DNA of 64,000 nucleotides from a phage. Below, one piece after another: positions 17,249-27,260 of the stretch (position 1 is the stretch's first letter; the number at the start of each line of letters is the position of its first letter). The stretch lies in NCBI GenBank assembly GCA_012441205.1, contig GCA_012441205.1_4705.1; one strand, 5' to 3'. The translations under genes were made by a program, and so were the position numbers. Below the pieces are notes generated by a model. That model was not told the origin of the DNA. It worked only from the letters and a program-made list of their open reading frames with translations, and ran no database searches.

Positions 17249-19003
17249 TTATGCTGCTACATATCCAGGCCAACGTTCTCTTGGCCAGTTTGTTGCGCCC
17301 TGTCCAACGTTGTCCTTACCAGAAATTACATTACTTACGTCCCAACCACTAAGATCCTGGTTAAATGCGGTGTTGTTACGCATCATGAGGTCGATATTAC
17401 GTAATGATTGGGTATTCCAGCCGGAAATGTCTTGGTTGAATGCCGTGTTGTAAGCAAACATGTTAACAACGTTTTGTAATTTTGAAGTGTTCCAGCCGCT
17501 AATATCGCCATTGAACTGCATGCTCGAGAACATACTGCTAGCATCGATAAGACTATCTGTTTTCCAGTTAACCAGCTTGTTTTCATCAAGTGCGTTGCAA
17601 CTACTGAACATGTAACTCATGTTGTTAACTTTGGATACATCCCATTTATCTAACCCGTTACCAACGAACTCGTAACAAGCTTGGAACATCCAGCTCATGT
17701 CGGTAACCTGGCTCACATTCCATTTGCTAAAGTCGAGGTTGAGTTTTGCGCATCCGGAGAAAGTTTTATACATACTGGTGATACGACTAACATCCCATTC
17801 TTGAATGTTAGGATCATTAAGTATAGATAAGAATTGGAACAATCCGTCTAACGACGTCCATTTCTCTGGAATACGGTTTGGTACTGTACGGAGCGATGAA
17901 AGGTTATTGGTTGACGGAGAGCGGAACATACCGTTATCCCAATTTACGATTTCCGTAATGTTGTACCCACGGATCGTTTGGCGTCCATTACCATTATACA
18001 CAGACCCTGTTGCAGTTATTGTATATTCGTTTGTATCAGCATACGTATGTTCAGCCTGTGTAGGCCACTCACCTATTACATCCCTATTCCCATCACCCCA
18101 ATCGATGGAAATATTTGTCCAACCATCAAGATCTAGGGTAACGGTCCCGCCATTGGTCTTCAGGATGTATTTACCTGCATTGTCGGTATAATAACAAACG
18201 ATCATCGCACCGTACAGGTTACCAATTTGCCAATCATCCTTTTGAGTTACCGCGATATGTGCTGTGCCACGTTGTAGGAAAAGAACCGTACGGTTCTCGT
18301 CAGTCTGTAATGTGGTTAATGCTTGAGCCTTATCATCGTCGGTAATTTCACCAGCTTCCACTAAAGCACTTAACATTCTTTCGAAGTATTCGATGGGTAA
18401 TTGGTGTCCTACAGACATATCAACTGATGGAACAGCGAGATCATCCAATGCGGCGGCAGTTGCAAGCACTAATGATCCATTGGTGGTGTCTGTTTCTTGG
18501 AGGTAATGCAGTCCCGTAATCTGGTACGCTTGAATGATTGTAATCAGATCCAGCGTATCGTTAATGACCTGTACTTGTAAATGTCCAGACCAAACATAGC
18601 TGCTTTCAGCAATCGGTAATTCGACCGACTGAATACCCGATGTTTCAAAACTGATCTTCTTATTAAGATCGGCTTCCAGGAAATCAACCGCGAGGTCGAA
18701 ATTTATACCGTACTTTTCAGCGATGGAATCTATGATGTTCCTGAAAGCAACATCGGTACTTACGATGAATCGTAAAGGGATTCCTGTGAACGCATTAGCA
18801 ATATCTCGACGAACATACGTAAGTGATTGTTCGAAGAAATAGGGACTGTTATCTCCAGGTTTGATGGTTACCTGACACATTTCAGGATGTTCAGCTGGGA
18901 TGAACGATTCAAATTTAACATCGGATTCCTTCAACGAAAGCATGTTCTTCCGGTTTACCAGCGCCAGAAGATCGGCTTTCCATCCAGGATAAACAGTAGA
19001 CAT
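17249..19003 (-). CDS. receptor-binding protein: N-terminal anchor domain, PKD-like motif and C-terminal BspA/DUF285-type repeats (about 584 aa)
   Basis: anchor alignment; ISIDWGDGN...HTYADTNEYTI; repeats WDVSxVTxMxxMFxxCxxFNxDISxW; start set at ATG 19003. Confidence 0.7.
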   Translation of the reverse strand: MSTVYPGWKADLLALVNRKNMLSLKESDVKFESFIPAEHPEMCQVTIKPGDNSPYFFEQSLTYVRRDIANAFTGIPLRFIVSTDVAFRNIIDSIAEKYGINFDLAVDFLEADLNKKISFETSGIQSVELPIAESSYVWSGHLQVQVINDTLDLITIIQAYQITGLHYLQETDTTNGSLVLATAAALDDLAVPSVDMSVGHQLPIEYFERMLSALVEAGEITDDDKAQALTTLQTDENRTVLFLQRGTAHIAVTQKDDWQIGNLYGAMIVCYYTDNAGKYILKTNGGTVTLDLDGWTNISIDWGDGNRDVIGEWPTQAEHTYADTNEYTITATGSVYNGNGRQTIRGYNITEIVNWDNGMFRSPSTNNLSSLRTVPNRIPEKWTSLDGLFQFLSILNDPNIQEWDVSRITSMYKTFSGCAKLNLDFSKWNVSQVTDMSWMFQACYEFVGNGLDKWDVSKVNNMSYMFSSCNALDENKLVNWKTDSLIDASSMFSSMQFNGDISGWNTSKLQNVVNMFAYNTAFNQDISGWNTQSLRNIDLMMRNNTAFNQDLSGWDVSNVISGKDNVGQGATNWPRERWPGYVAA

Positions 19004-19041
19004 AAGCACTCCAATCATGGGGCGGTAACCGCCCCCATCAG

Positions 19042-22000
19042 TTAAATTGTCGGTTTCACGTCGCGTAATAGGGCAATATAATAGCCTAATCCTCGGAGGA
19101 TCTCCCCACTCCAGAAACCAAAATACATTCCGTCTCTGCCGAGATTAGCACTATCTGGTGCAGGACTCCACCCACCATTCATTGCGTCATCAACGGTGTA
19201 GCGGTTGATGTAGTTTTCAACGATTTCATTATAAACGTTAACGGCAACAGGATAGCCTTTATCGTTGGGATGCCCATACAACATCGCTAACGACGCACCC
19301 GCTAACCATAATCCTGCCATATGACCAGTAAAGTCATTAGGGATAAAAGCAGGGGGTTTATCCATCGGAAAATCCGTAGGAGATTGATAAGCGTTTTCCT
19401 GTTGATACGTAAACAAGAAATCGATCCAATGGCTGATGTAAGTGGTTAACTTCTCAGGGACAGCCAAACCATGATCGAGCAGTCCGGCATAAAGCCTCAC
19501 CGCTGAAAAGAAAGCCCTCGGCTGATAACCAGACCATGCTGTCTGATCGCCGAAGTGGTACATCGTAAAATCATTAACTTTCGATCCGCTTGGCGCATCC
19601 CAACGATCCCACACGTACGCACTTGCTCCTGGCCCTAAAACCCCGAATTTCTGATAATACCACTGCTGCGAGTCATACCAGAAATTCACAACATTCTGAA
19701 TCATGAGGTCACGTCGTTCAGCCGATACGTCCATATCCAGGAAGACCCATGGATGTTGGTAGCCGGGATAAGGCTGACCACGCCAGCTGTCGAACGTCGG
19801 TGCGTTAGGGATATAGTTGTTCGAGAACGGAATAATACCCGGAGTATAAGGCAATGGATCCAGACGTTGGTTGACAATCGTACAATCGCCAACACGCAAT
19901 GTGCCCTCTGCCTCAAAGATTGCTTTTAACGTAAACAGCATGGTATATCCGTCATCCGTGGTGTAAGTTGACGGTGGATTGTTGATGGCGTAAAGCTTAA
20001 ATACCCCTTCAGCGATATCGCTGTCATCAGGCAAGAACAGAATTTCAGTTGAACCGTCGCCCCACACAGGTGCGGAAGGTTTAGGGTCAGTATCAGCATG
20101 GCCAGGTTGATACCCTGAGAGCCTCCATCCGTTCGCCGAAAGCGTCAATGTATTTCTTGCTGTGGTGGCCGGTAGCATATACCACCATCGCCAACCATTT
20201 GCATCTTCTACACGAACGTTGTAGTCAATCGACGCGAAATAACTGACCTGCCTTACGATCTGTTTTGCGGTTGGATTGAATTCAAATTGTCCGCCTGCCG
20301 CAGTAAGCTGCGCTTTTAGGAACAACCCATCCCAGGAATCTTCCACTGCTTCGCTGAATTCTGTTGTGATTGCGATATCGTCTTTCCAGCCGACTTTATC
20401 AGCCGACATCAACACCGAACCTGTAACAGCATCACCGGTTGGTATTGAAGCTTCATCAACCGCATCAGCGGGAATCAACGAGCCTATTTTGAAATCCCAT
20501 CCTTTCGGTTCAACGCTGGAAGGTAATACCAGCTTGTACGTTTTGGCTTTCGCTTCGGTTTTGTCCAAAGAAAGCGATAATGAGATCTCAACCGGAATTG
20601 CAACGCCTGTCGTATCTTTACCGCCGCAGGTTACCCGAAGAATTGAATCACGATTGACGCGGAACGGAATGGCCTGCTGTTCAAGGTAAATTTGTGCTGA
20701 AGATGCTTGAATCACGATCCAACCATCGGTATCACGCGTGATTGTGAACGGCGCTTTCGACGGGTATGTATACGTGTAAGCGATACCGTCGGTGTCGTAA
20801 CGATCGGTTCCTTTTACTTGACGGAAGAACTTATCGTTAGCGTCAATACGGGTATATTCTTCAATCGTAAACAAAGACGCCTTGTACGCTTTCTGATAAC
20901 GCTCCTGCTGCGTTAAACGGTATAAGGTGTAGGCTGCTTCACAAAACCACTGTTCAGCGTCTGACGCGTTTCCCATGTAGTCTCTGGTGACTGGTACCTG
21001 GATCGGTCGGTTATGCTGACACTCGTTCGTTTTGATGAGGTATCCGCCATATTCAACAGGAACACGCGGTGCCCATGCAACCAAGTAAGAACCGTTGACG
21101 GATTTATCTTTGAGTACGATAGTACCTACTTCATCGTCAGTACACGCTTCAAGATCGTCCCCGTCAGCACTTACGTAACGTTTTGTGCGTAACGCAACTT
21201 TCTCGATAGGGAACACCGTACCCTTTGTATCCCAGTCAATCGTCCCATCATCATTGGTTTTGAACACATCCGCGTTCAAATTCTGCCAGCCGAGTTTACC
21301 TTCATAGACCTGAACAACAAGATCCATGTATTCCCCGAACGTTGGTGCCCCATGTGTTATTTTCCCGATACCGTTGGTGAATGTAACCGCTGTGTCATGG
21401 AAACCGCCATGTGTTGGGTAATCGTCTTTTGCAAGAGGATAATGGGCCAACACAGGTTGTTTACCATTAACAATCCAGTTAGCGATCCAGCGTGCCGGTG
21501 TATCCGGTGGTTCAAGGCCTGCATAGAACGCTTTTATATACGCATCGAACGATGCCTCTGCTAATGTGAGATAGTGCGCTTTAAGCTTGGTATCATCCGT
21601 TGTATGACTGAATATACCCGCACCCAGAATTAACAACGACTGTCCTTCTGTTGTTGCGTCACCATCCGGTTGTGCTTCTTGTCGTGTTGCTGCAATGAAA
21701 TGACGGTTGTTTACCATGACCCCGCTTTCATTTAACACGTAATGATCGGTTTCTGGGTCGGTAAACGTTCCTGTGTTTCGGGTTAAGAATCTTGCATGGC
21801 CATAACCAACGAAATTAACCGGCGACGCTGTAATCATCCATTTACCGATAAGTTGAGCAACATCATTATAACGCTCGGATGCGGTGATTTGTTTCACGTA
21901 CCAGTCTTTATGGTTAAATGTCCAAAGCAGGAAGTAATAAGTTGTATCGATTTCCATCACTGGGAACGTCGGCGTTAACGGCTCCAGCGTTAAGTAGTTG

Positions 22001-22638
22001 CTCCAGTCAATCTGTCCGCCAACCACCGATGGGGTAATCTCTAATAACTGACACCATTCATAACGGTCCGGTACACTACTGGACGTTGTTGGTAAAGGTA
22101 ACTTGTATACGCCAGTACGATTCAGATCGAACGCTTTTCTAGCCGATCCTAAATCAACATAAATACTCGATGATGCGCTTGCACTATATGCCCCCAAAGC
22201 ACCTAGCGTTGACCGATACATTGAGATGAACAACGTATCTTTCCAGTAAGGGTTATCCTTGGTTGGTTCTAAAGCGATTTGTGCGGAGATGCTGTTCCAT
22301 GTCCCTAACTGGTATGTCGCATTTAAAGATTCTTCTGTGAAATAACTTTCTGCAATCGTCAGATGGAACTGCTCGTTCAATAACGCGAGTGCGGCGCGGC
22401 CAGTAACATCCTCGTTACCGGTTTCTTTTTTCACGATCGCGCCGAACGGAAACAGTGTCGCGAATGACCGTTTTGGTTTATTAACCGTAACCGTCCCTGT
22501 GTAATTTCCAACACCGTCAAGTTTTTGACTATCGCCAACAGCAGTGACTGCGATACCATCAGCCGGGATATTTGTTTTATTTAGTACATTGAGTTGGTCA
22601 ACCAGATCCTGCTTATCGTCAGGTAAGAATGTCGCCAT
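19042..22638 (-). CDS. large tailspike-like protein, possible depolymerase (1198 aa)
   Basis: very long ORF directly downstream of an anchor-only gene; AAGGTGGAG SD; no catalytic motif recognised. Confidence 0.65.
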   Translation of the reverse strand: MATFLPDDKQDLVDQLNVLNKTNIPADGIAVTAVGDSQKLDGVGNYTGTVTVNKPKRSFATLFPFGAIVKKETGNEDVTGRAALALLNEQFHLTIAESYFTEESLNATYQLGTWNSISAQIALEPTKDNPYWKDTLFISMYRSTLGALGAYSASASSSIYVDLGSARKAFDLNRTGVYKLPLPTTSSSVPDRYEWCQLLEITPSVVGGQIDWSNYLTLEPLTPTFPVMEIDTTYYFLLWTFNHKDWYVKQITASERYNDVAQLIGKWMITASPVNFVGYGHARFLTRNTGTFTDPETDHYVLNESGVMVNNRHFIAATRQEAQPDGDATTEGQSLLILGAGIFSHTTDDTKLKAHYLTLAEASFDAYIKAFYAGLEPPDTPARWIANWIVNGKQPVLAHYPLAKDDYPTHGGFHDTAVTFTNGIGKITHGAPTFGEYMDLVVQVYEGKLGWQNLNADVFKTNDDGTIDWDTKGTVFPIEKVALRTKRYVSADGDDLEACTDDEVGTIVLKDKSVNGSYLVAWAPRVPVEYGGYLIKTNECQHNRPIQVPVTRDYMGNASDAEQWFCEAAYTLYRLTQQERYQKAYKASLFTIEEYTRIDANDKFFRQVKGTDRYDTDGIAYTYTYPSKAPFTITRDTDGWIVIQASSAQIYLEQQAIPFRVNRDSILRVTCGGKDTTGVAIPVEISLSLSLDKTEAKAKTYKLVLPSSVEPKGWDFKIGSLIPADAVDEASIPTGDAVTGSVLMSADKVGWKDDIAITTEFSEAVEDSWDGLFLKAQLTAAGGQFEFNPTAKQIVRQVSYFASIDYNVRVEDANGWRWWYMLPATTARNTLTLSANGWRLSGYQPGHADTDPKPSAPVWGDGSTEILFLPDDSDIAEGVFKLYAINNPPSTYTTDDGYTMLFTLKAIFEAEGTLRVGDCTIVNQRLDPLPYTPGIIPFSNNYIPNAPTFDSWRGQPYPGYQHPWVFLDMDVSAERRDLMIQNVVNFWYDSQQWYYQKFGVLGPGASAYVWDRWDAPSGSKVNDFTMYHFGDQTAWSGYQPRAFFSAVRLYAGLLDHGLAVPEKLTTYISHWIDFLFTYQQENAYQSPTDFPMDKPPAFIPNDFTGHMAGLWLAGASLAMLYGHPNDKGYPVAVNVYNEIVENYINRYTVDDAMNGGWSPAPDSANLGRDGMYFGFWSGEILRGLGYYIALLRDVKPTI

Positions 22639-22651
22639 TATTTACTCCACC

Positions 22652-23482
22652 TTAATCGTAACTAAAATAAAGTTTGCTGCTGACGCCGCTATCGGAATGA
22701 GGTTTTAACACCAGAACAGAGCTTCCGAACGACGGAAGTATTGGAACATCTAAATCGTTCGCATCGGCAACTTTTCCATTATAAACGACATTGGCTGTTG
22801 TGATGAGTTCCCAGGCTAAGGTATAACTCATTGAAATCAGCGACGAGGCTAAACGGAATGCATTGTATCCTTCTGGAGTATCTCCAACCGACATCGTACG
22901 TATCGCATCTTGCGGCGGTAAATTTAGCTTGATGCCGTAGGTGCTGAATGTGTGGAAATCCCCTTGTTTACTATCTTCTGGATAATACGAGGTTAGCGGT
23001 TCTCGCACCGTAATCAGTTCGCTAATATCGGTACTTACCGCTTTTCGGGCGAGGAATTGAAACGTACCGTACCACGATGCTGATGTATCAGAATGAACGG
23101 GAACAGCTATGGTTTTCTCGTCGCTTTCAAATTTAACCTGCGACACTAACGCTGAAGAATCAAAGATCGTTAAATCGATCTTCAACCCATACTTCTTAAA
23201 CAGCTGCGTTAAGCAGTCTGCTATCGTCGTCTTATCAGCAACGACAATAAAAGGTTGGTGTTTGATAAAGAGCTTATTAATGTCTCGACGTTGAAGATAA
23301 ACCTGTACGGGGTCTTCGATATAGTAAGCCGATTGTGGTGCGGGGACTATAGAAAGGCGTAACCGACCTGATGCACCATACCAGGCTGGCGTTAACGTAA
23401 CGTCTGACAGAGACAACGGGTGCTGGAGATAGGCGTTTATTTTAGATAACACTTCCTCCTGCCATGATGCTTCAGGATACAT
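22652..23482 (-). CDS. anchor-domain protein, divergent paralog (276 aa); first gene of the fibre operon
   Basis: W..EVL..IN...LSLSDVTL...YYIEDPVQVYLQRRDINKLF...YGLKIDL aligns with the conserved anchor domain; GAGG SD. Confidence 0.65.
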   Translation of the reverse strand: MYPEASWQEEVLSKINAYLQHPLSLSDVTLTPAWYGASGRLRLSIVPAPQSAYYIEDPVQVYLQRRDINKLFIKHQPFIVVADKTTIADCLTQLFKKYGLKIDLTIFDSSALVSQVKFESDEKTIAVPVHSDTSASWYGTFQFLARKAVSTDISELITVREPLTSYYPEDSKQGDFHTFSTYGIKLNLPPQDAIRTMSVGDTPEGYNAFRLASSLISMSYTLAWELITTANVVYNGKVADANDLDVPILPSFGSSVLVLKPHSDSGVSSKLYFSYD

Positions 23483-23540
23483 GCTGACCTCATAGATGAT
23501 CGTTGATAGGAAAGAAACCTAATTCATACCATGGGAGCCT

Positions 23541-23606
23541 CAAAAAAAAAAAAAAAAACGAAAAAATAGGAAAACGGTGTTCATCCTTTTTAGGGATGAA
23601 CACCGC
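23541..23606 (-). terminator. intrinsic terminator after CDS 23626..24201
   Basis: 11-bp stem GGTGTTCATCC/GGATGAACACC followed on minus strand by a T-rich tract including T17. Confidence 0.6.
23542..23558. repeat. A17 homopolymer (T17 on minus strand)
   Basis: read directly. Confidence 0.9.
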
Positions 23607-23625
23607 GTACCGTTATATCGAACGA

Positions 23626-24201
23626 TTAATGAGGAATCAGATCGTTAAGCTTTTCTTCTTCAATGACAAAGAAGTTGTTCTGGTCGTCTAAATCTGTTAA
23701 CAGGACTTGTCCGACAGTAAAGCACGTACCGCCCTTCTTAGGCACCCATACCGGCTCATTCGTTACCTTATCGGGATACCATTTGAAACGATTGGTATCC
23801 AAGAAGAACGCTGCTTTGTTTGCTTTATCGGTTGAACGATAGCTAACCAATGCAGGCCACTCAATCCAGGTGTTTGTGCATGGTACATGTAAAGGATACC
23901 ATGCGCGCCAGCGTTTGCCCGGACTGTTAGGATCAACCCAATACTCGGCAGTCAATACAGCATCTTTATAATGTTTCTGCATTAACATTTCGAGCACAAG
24001 CTCATTGCCTTTTGATGCGTCTAAAGTCACTTCCGTCATATAAAGAGATTTAGGTAATTCAGACTGTTTTGCGGGTGTTACAACACCGGTAACCAACGGT
24101 CTGCTCGGTTTACGTTTCTGTTCTTTCCGACGTGTGTAAAAGAATAGTCCGATAGATACAGCAACAAGTATAATAAACAACACTACCTTAATCCAATTCA
24201 T
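23626..24201 (-). CDS. membrane-anchored protein (191 aa)
   Basis: N-terminal TM helix WIKVVLFIILVAVSIGLFFY; GGAGA SD; ATGA overlap with upstream gene. Confidence 0.6.
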   Translation of the reverse strand: MNWIKVVLFIILVAVSIGLFFYTRRKEQKRKPSRPLVTGVVTPAKQSELPKSLYMTEVTLDASKGNELVLEMLMQKHYKDAVLTAEYWVDPNSPGKRWRAWYPLHVPCTNTWIEWPALVSYRSTDKANKAAFFLDTNRFKWYPDKVTNEPVWVPKKGGTCFTVGQVLLTDLDDQNNFFVIEEEKLNDLIPH

Positions 24202-24947
24202 TCGTCAATATCTCCTTCCACAAACAGAGTCAATTTGATTTCAGGATCATAGAACATGGTAATCACATCATCTTGCTCTACTGAACGCTGTGCTGTCCAT
24301 ATTAACTGTTCATCCCGAATATCAAATTTATGTCGTTCGTCACTCACCACAGCTTCCGCATCAACGTAATGGTAAACATCACCGAGAGGATTCTCAATCC
24401 AGCCGCGTACCATCAAACGTTCTTTTTGTTTACGTGTAAAGAAGCGATAGGGATCTTCGCACGTGCGCCATACGTCCCCCTTCTCGCTAACCAGTTCATC
24501 ATAAACTTTAGAGAGTTCGTCAGGCACCGGAATCAAAATGTTATCTTGATAGTTCGACCAGAAACGACGTACGTCTTGGATCAACTCATCGTCTGGGAGT
24601 TTAGTCGCTATGTTACTATAATCGATTTCAACAGTATCGATATCAAGACGGGTAAACGGAAGAGCGTCTAGGTTTCCCACCATGACCTCGATCTGATCAT
24701 GATGGACACGAATCCATCCATCGAACCATCTGTACCCATCAGCTTGATATAACGTTGTGTGATAAGTGACGACGTTAATATCCTCGAACGATTCTAATAA
24801 GGCTTTAGCGGCTAAAAGCGGTGAAAAGTTCTTCGATTGTCCTGGTTTACGTATTTCTTCTTTGATAAACAATTTACCGAGCAGTGGGTGTTCGATAACA
24901 AAACCACAGGAAAGCATGATGCTTCCTTGATAACGTGCTTCTTGCAT
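24198..24947 (-). CDS. hypothetical protein (249 aa)
   Basis: ORF with AAGGAAT SD. Confidence 0.6.
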   Translation of the reverse strand: MQEARYQGSIMLSCGFVIEHPLLGKLFIKEEIRKPGQSKNFSPLLAAKALLESFEDINVVTYHTTLYQADGYRWFDGWIRVHHDQIEVMVGNLDALPFTRLDIDTVEIDYSNIATKLPDDELIQDVRRFWSNYQDNILIPVPDELSKVYDELVSEKGDVWRTCEDPYRFFTRKQKERLMVRGWIENPLGDVYHYVDAEAVVSDERHKFDIRDEQLIWTAQRSVEQDDVITMFYDPEIKLTLFVEGDIDE

Positions 24948-25122
24948 TTTTTATTCCTTAAACAAAAGATTGTCTTTTACGCGACATGATTACAAGTACA
25001 CAGGTTACTGAATTTCTGTAAAAGTTAATTTTCGTAAACTAAAAGAAAATGTATCCGTGTTTCCTGGTTCTTCCCCTCCACAGCCTCAGGAAGAGAAGAA
25101 CCGTTTGCTAAGTTGTTATGTA

Positions 25123-25371
25123 TTAAAATGCATTGATTGGACTGTTCAACGCTTTATCACGGATTTGAATCGCCGCCAGCATTGCTTTCTGGTACGAATC
25201 GTAGGCATCGACAGAAACAGTCGTATCAACCAATTCCTTTAATGCGGATTCAGCCGCTTTTACACGGACGCGGAACTTGGTGATTGCGTTATCTTTGTTA
25301 CGATAAACCGTGATGTGGTGCAGCGGTTGAACTTTGGTTTTAACGGATTTAGTTGCTTTGATCGTTTTCAT
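25123..25371 (-). CDS. hypothetical protein (82 aa)
   Basis: ORF with AAGGAAA SD. Confidence 0.5.
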   Translation of the reverse strand: MKTIKATKSVKTKVQPLHHITVYRNKDNAITKFRVRVKAAESALKELVDTTVSVDAYDSYQKAMLAAIQIRDKALNSPINAF

Positions 25372-25464
25372 GATGATTTCCTTCTTTATTAGGATGATTA
25401 CATTTAGTCAGTTTAACAGCATAAGCCCTTCCCACCTTACGCAGGAAGGGCATACGGATTTGTT

Positions 25465-25962
25465 TTACGTGTGTCGTCGTTTACCAAAGAAAATGTGGCT
25501 ATCTACCACGGTGATATTGGTAGCATGTTTTCTGAAATGTTTAGGGCGAAGATGTTTCGCGTTAAAGAATACGGCTCCTCGTGTTGGGTCGGCTTTATGG
25601 TAAGCCGCAATGTCAGTATAACGTAATGTTGCGACCTCTCGTGCTATTGCTCTTGCTCGCTCAAAAGCAGCATGATCGCGTATGACAATACGCCTTTGTT
25701 TTGTCCAGGGGAATTGACCTCTTTGCAGTACGACGTCTCTGACGTTCGTAGGGAATCGGTAGTCCATAGATCGATTATGTATTAAAAACGCCACGGAGTA
25801 TTGCCCTTTTACAGATTCGCCTCTGGCTTCCATATACACAGCGCATGCGACGATCTCTTTCCGGCAATCGATTCTAGGTCCTGCGTTCACCGATGCTTGA
25901 CTGAACGGTGTGATAAGCAACATAACAAGCCCTAAAATCAACGTGTGTAAAATACCTTGCAT
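25465..25962 (-). CDS. secreted cell-wall hydrolase, SleB/CwlJ family (165 aa)
   Basis: signal peptide MQGILHTLILGLVMLLITPFSQA; AVYMEARGE...GQYSVAFLIHNR...FP...GQF matches the family signature. Confidence 0.6.
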   Translation of the reverse strand: MQGILHTLILGLVMLLITPFSQASVNAGPRIDCRKEIVACAVYMEARGESVKGQYSVAFLIHNRSMDYRFPTNVRDVVLQRGQFPWTKQRRIVIRDHAAFERARAIAREVATLRYTDIAAYHKADPTRGAVFFNAKHLRPKHFRKHATNITVVDSHIFFGKRRHT

Positions 25963-26215
25963 CTTAATAACCTCACGATAAGGTGCTGTCCACTGGCGTC
26001 TTGATAACGCATCCCGTCTATCGGGTTGTTCTATTCAGCGGGCAGCAGGTTAGCGTCAGATGTTTGCCCGACATCCACGACAGAAATAAACGGTACTGAA
26101 AATACGGTCTCCTCTGGTTTGGCAATAAACATAACGTTGGATAACAGAACCCATTTCCCGCATCCAACGCGGTAAAGGTGTACATCGTTTGAAGTCATAT
26201 AGTTTCTCAAAGATG

Positions 26216-26536
26216 TTAACCTCTACCGTCGAGCCATAGGTTGTATTTATCCCGAACATACGGCTCACGATAAATACGTCGATAGACTTGATGCGGTATA
26301 AACTTGCAATGTACGAGTTCGTCGCTTAATTTATGCCGTCGCTCCATACCGTTGTGAATACGACGTATCTCCCGGATATTAAAGGTTGTTTTATTCAAGA
26401 GAATAGACATAATGGCGGATCGATGATCCAGATTAAAGATCGCCATCACGCTTCGTATCTCGCGTAAAACAACTTCTCTATCGACAAGGATGCGATTAGT
26501 TAACTTAAGATTCTCCGTGATACCCATAACCTTCAT
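26216..26536 (-). CDS. hypothetical protein (about 106 aa; start uncertain)
   Basis: track ORF 26216..26620 overlaps the upstream gene; internal ATG with SD chosen. Confidence 0.35.
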   Translation of the reverse strand: MKVMGITENLKLTNRILVDREVVLREIRSVMAIFNLDHRSAIMSILLNKTTFNIREIRRIHNGMERRHKLSDELVHCKFIPHQVYRRIYREPYVRDKYNLWLDGRG

Positions 26537-26876
26537 CCTCGACACGTCGACACATCGGTAAAAATAAACACCAGCTTGTTGCACTGAGGACCGCCGTTGC
26601 GACGATATTTGCGATATCACTCAATCGAGCATCGGCTTGCCACATAACAAGCATGAAAAGAACGTACGCGAACCCATACACGACAAACCGTTTTATGTTA
26701 CGCGTCGACCATGTACAAATATACAAAAGGGGAAGCTGCCCTATAACACAAACGATGGTTCGGATAACGTAATAAACGCGTTCCGTCGTTGTTTCAAAAT
26801 CGATATTCGTTGCAGAAATCCCAATCATTATAAAAGTGAAAATGAAATAGATTTTTGCGTATGTCTTTAAACTCAT
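26505..26876 (-). CDS. integral membrane protein (123 aa, about 4 TM helices)
   Basis: hydrophobic segments; GGGAAAAG SD. Confidence 0.5.
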   Translation of the reverse strand: MSLKTYAKIYFIFTFIMIGISATNIDFETTTERVYYVIRTIVCVIGQLPLLYICTWSTRNIKRFVVYGFAYVLFMLVMWQADARLSDIANIVATAVLSATSWCLFLPMCRRVEDEGYGYHGES

Positions 26877-26892
26877 GGCTTTTCCCGATCGT

Positions 26893-27087
26893 TTATTTGT
26901 GTTTTCCTACATTCCTCAACAAGGTAACGATAACGAATACCGCTATCATCAAGAAGACGAACCATAACCCTACGTTAATTCGGGCAGCAGGTTCATCGAC
27001 CATGAAGAACATCATCCCACAAAACCCAATGACCATCCATGCTAGAACCATCCCCGTTAATCCCCGTAGTAGCATATGTCCCATCAT
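26893..27087 (-). CDS. small two-TM membrane protein, holin-like (about 64 aa)
   Basis: two hydrophobic helices and basic C-terminus; track ORF starts at TTG 27126, ATG at 27087 chosen. Confidence 0.4.
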   Translation of the reverse strand: MMGHMLLRGLTGMVLAWMVIGFCGMMFFMVDEPAARINVGLWFVFLMIAVFVIVTLLRNVGKHK

Positions 27088-27260
27088 GAACTCATTCTTA
27101 CTTTTTCTGATAAAGCGATGATTCAAATTTTAGAAACATCACTAACGCGAATGCGAGTAATAACGCACGTACCCACATACCTCCTTGACAACTGTTGTAC
27201 AACATAAAGACCAGAGCGATGCCGCCCATATGCAGGCGGCACTTATCGAACAGTGTTGGT

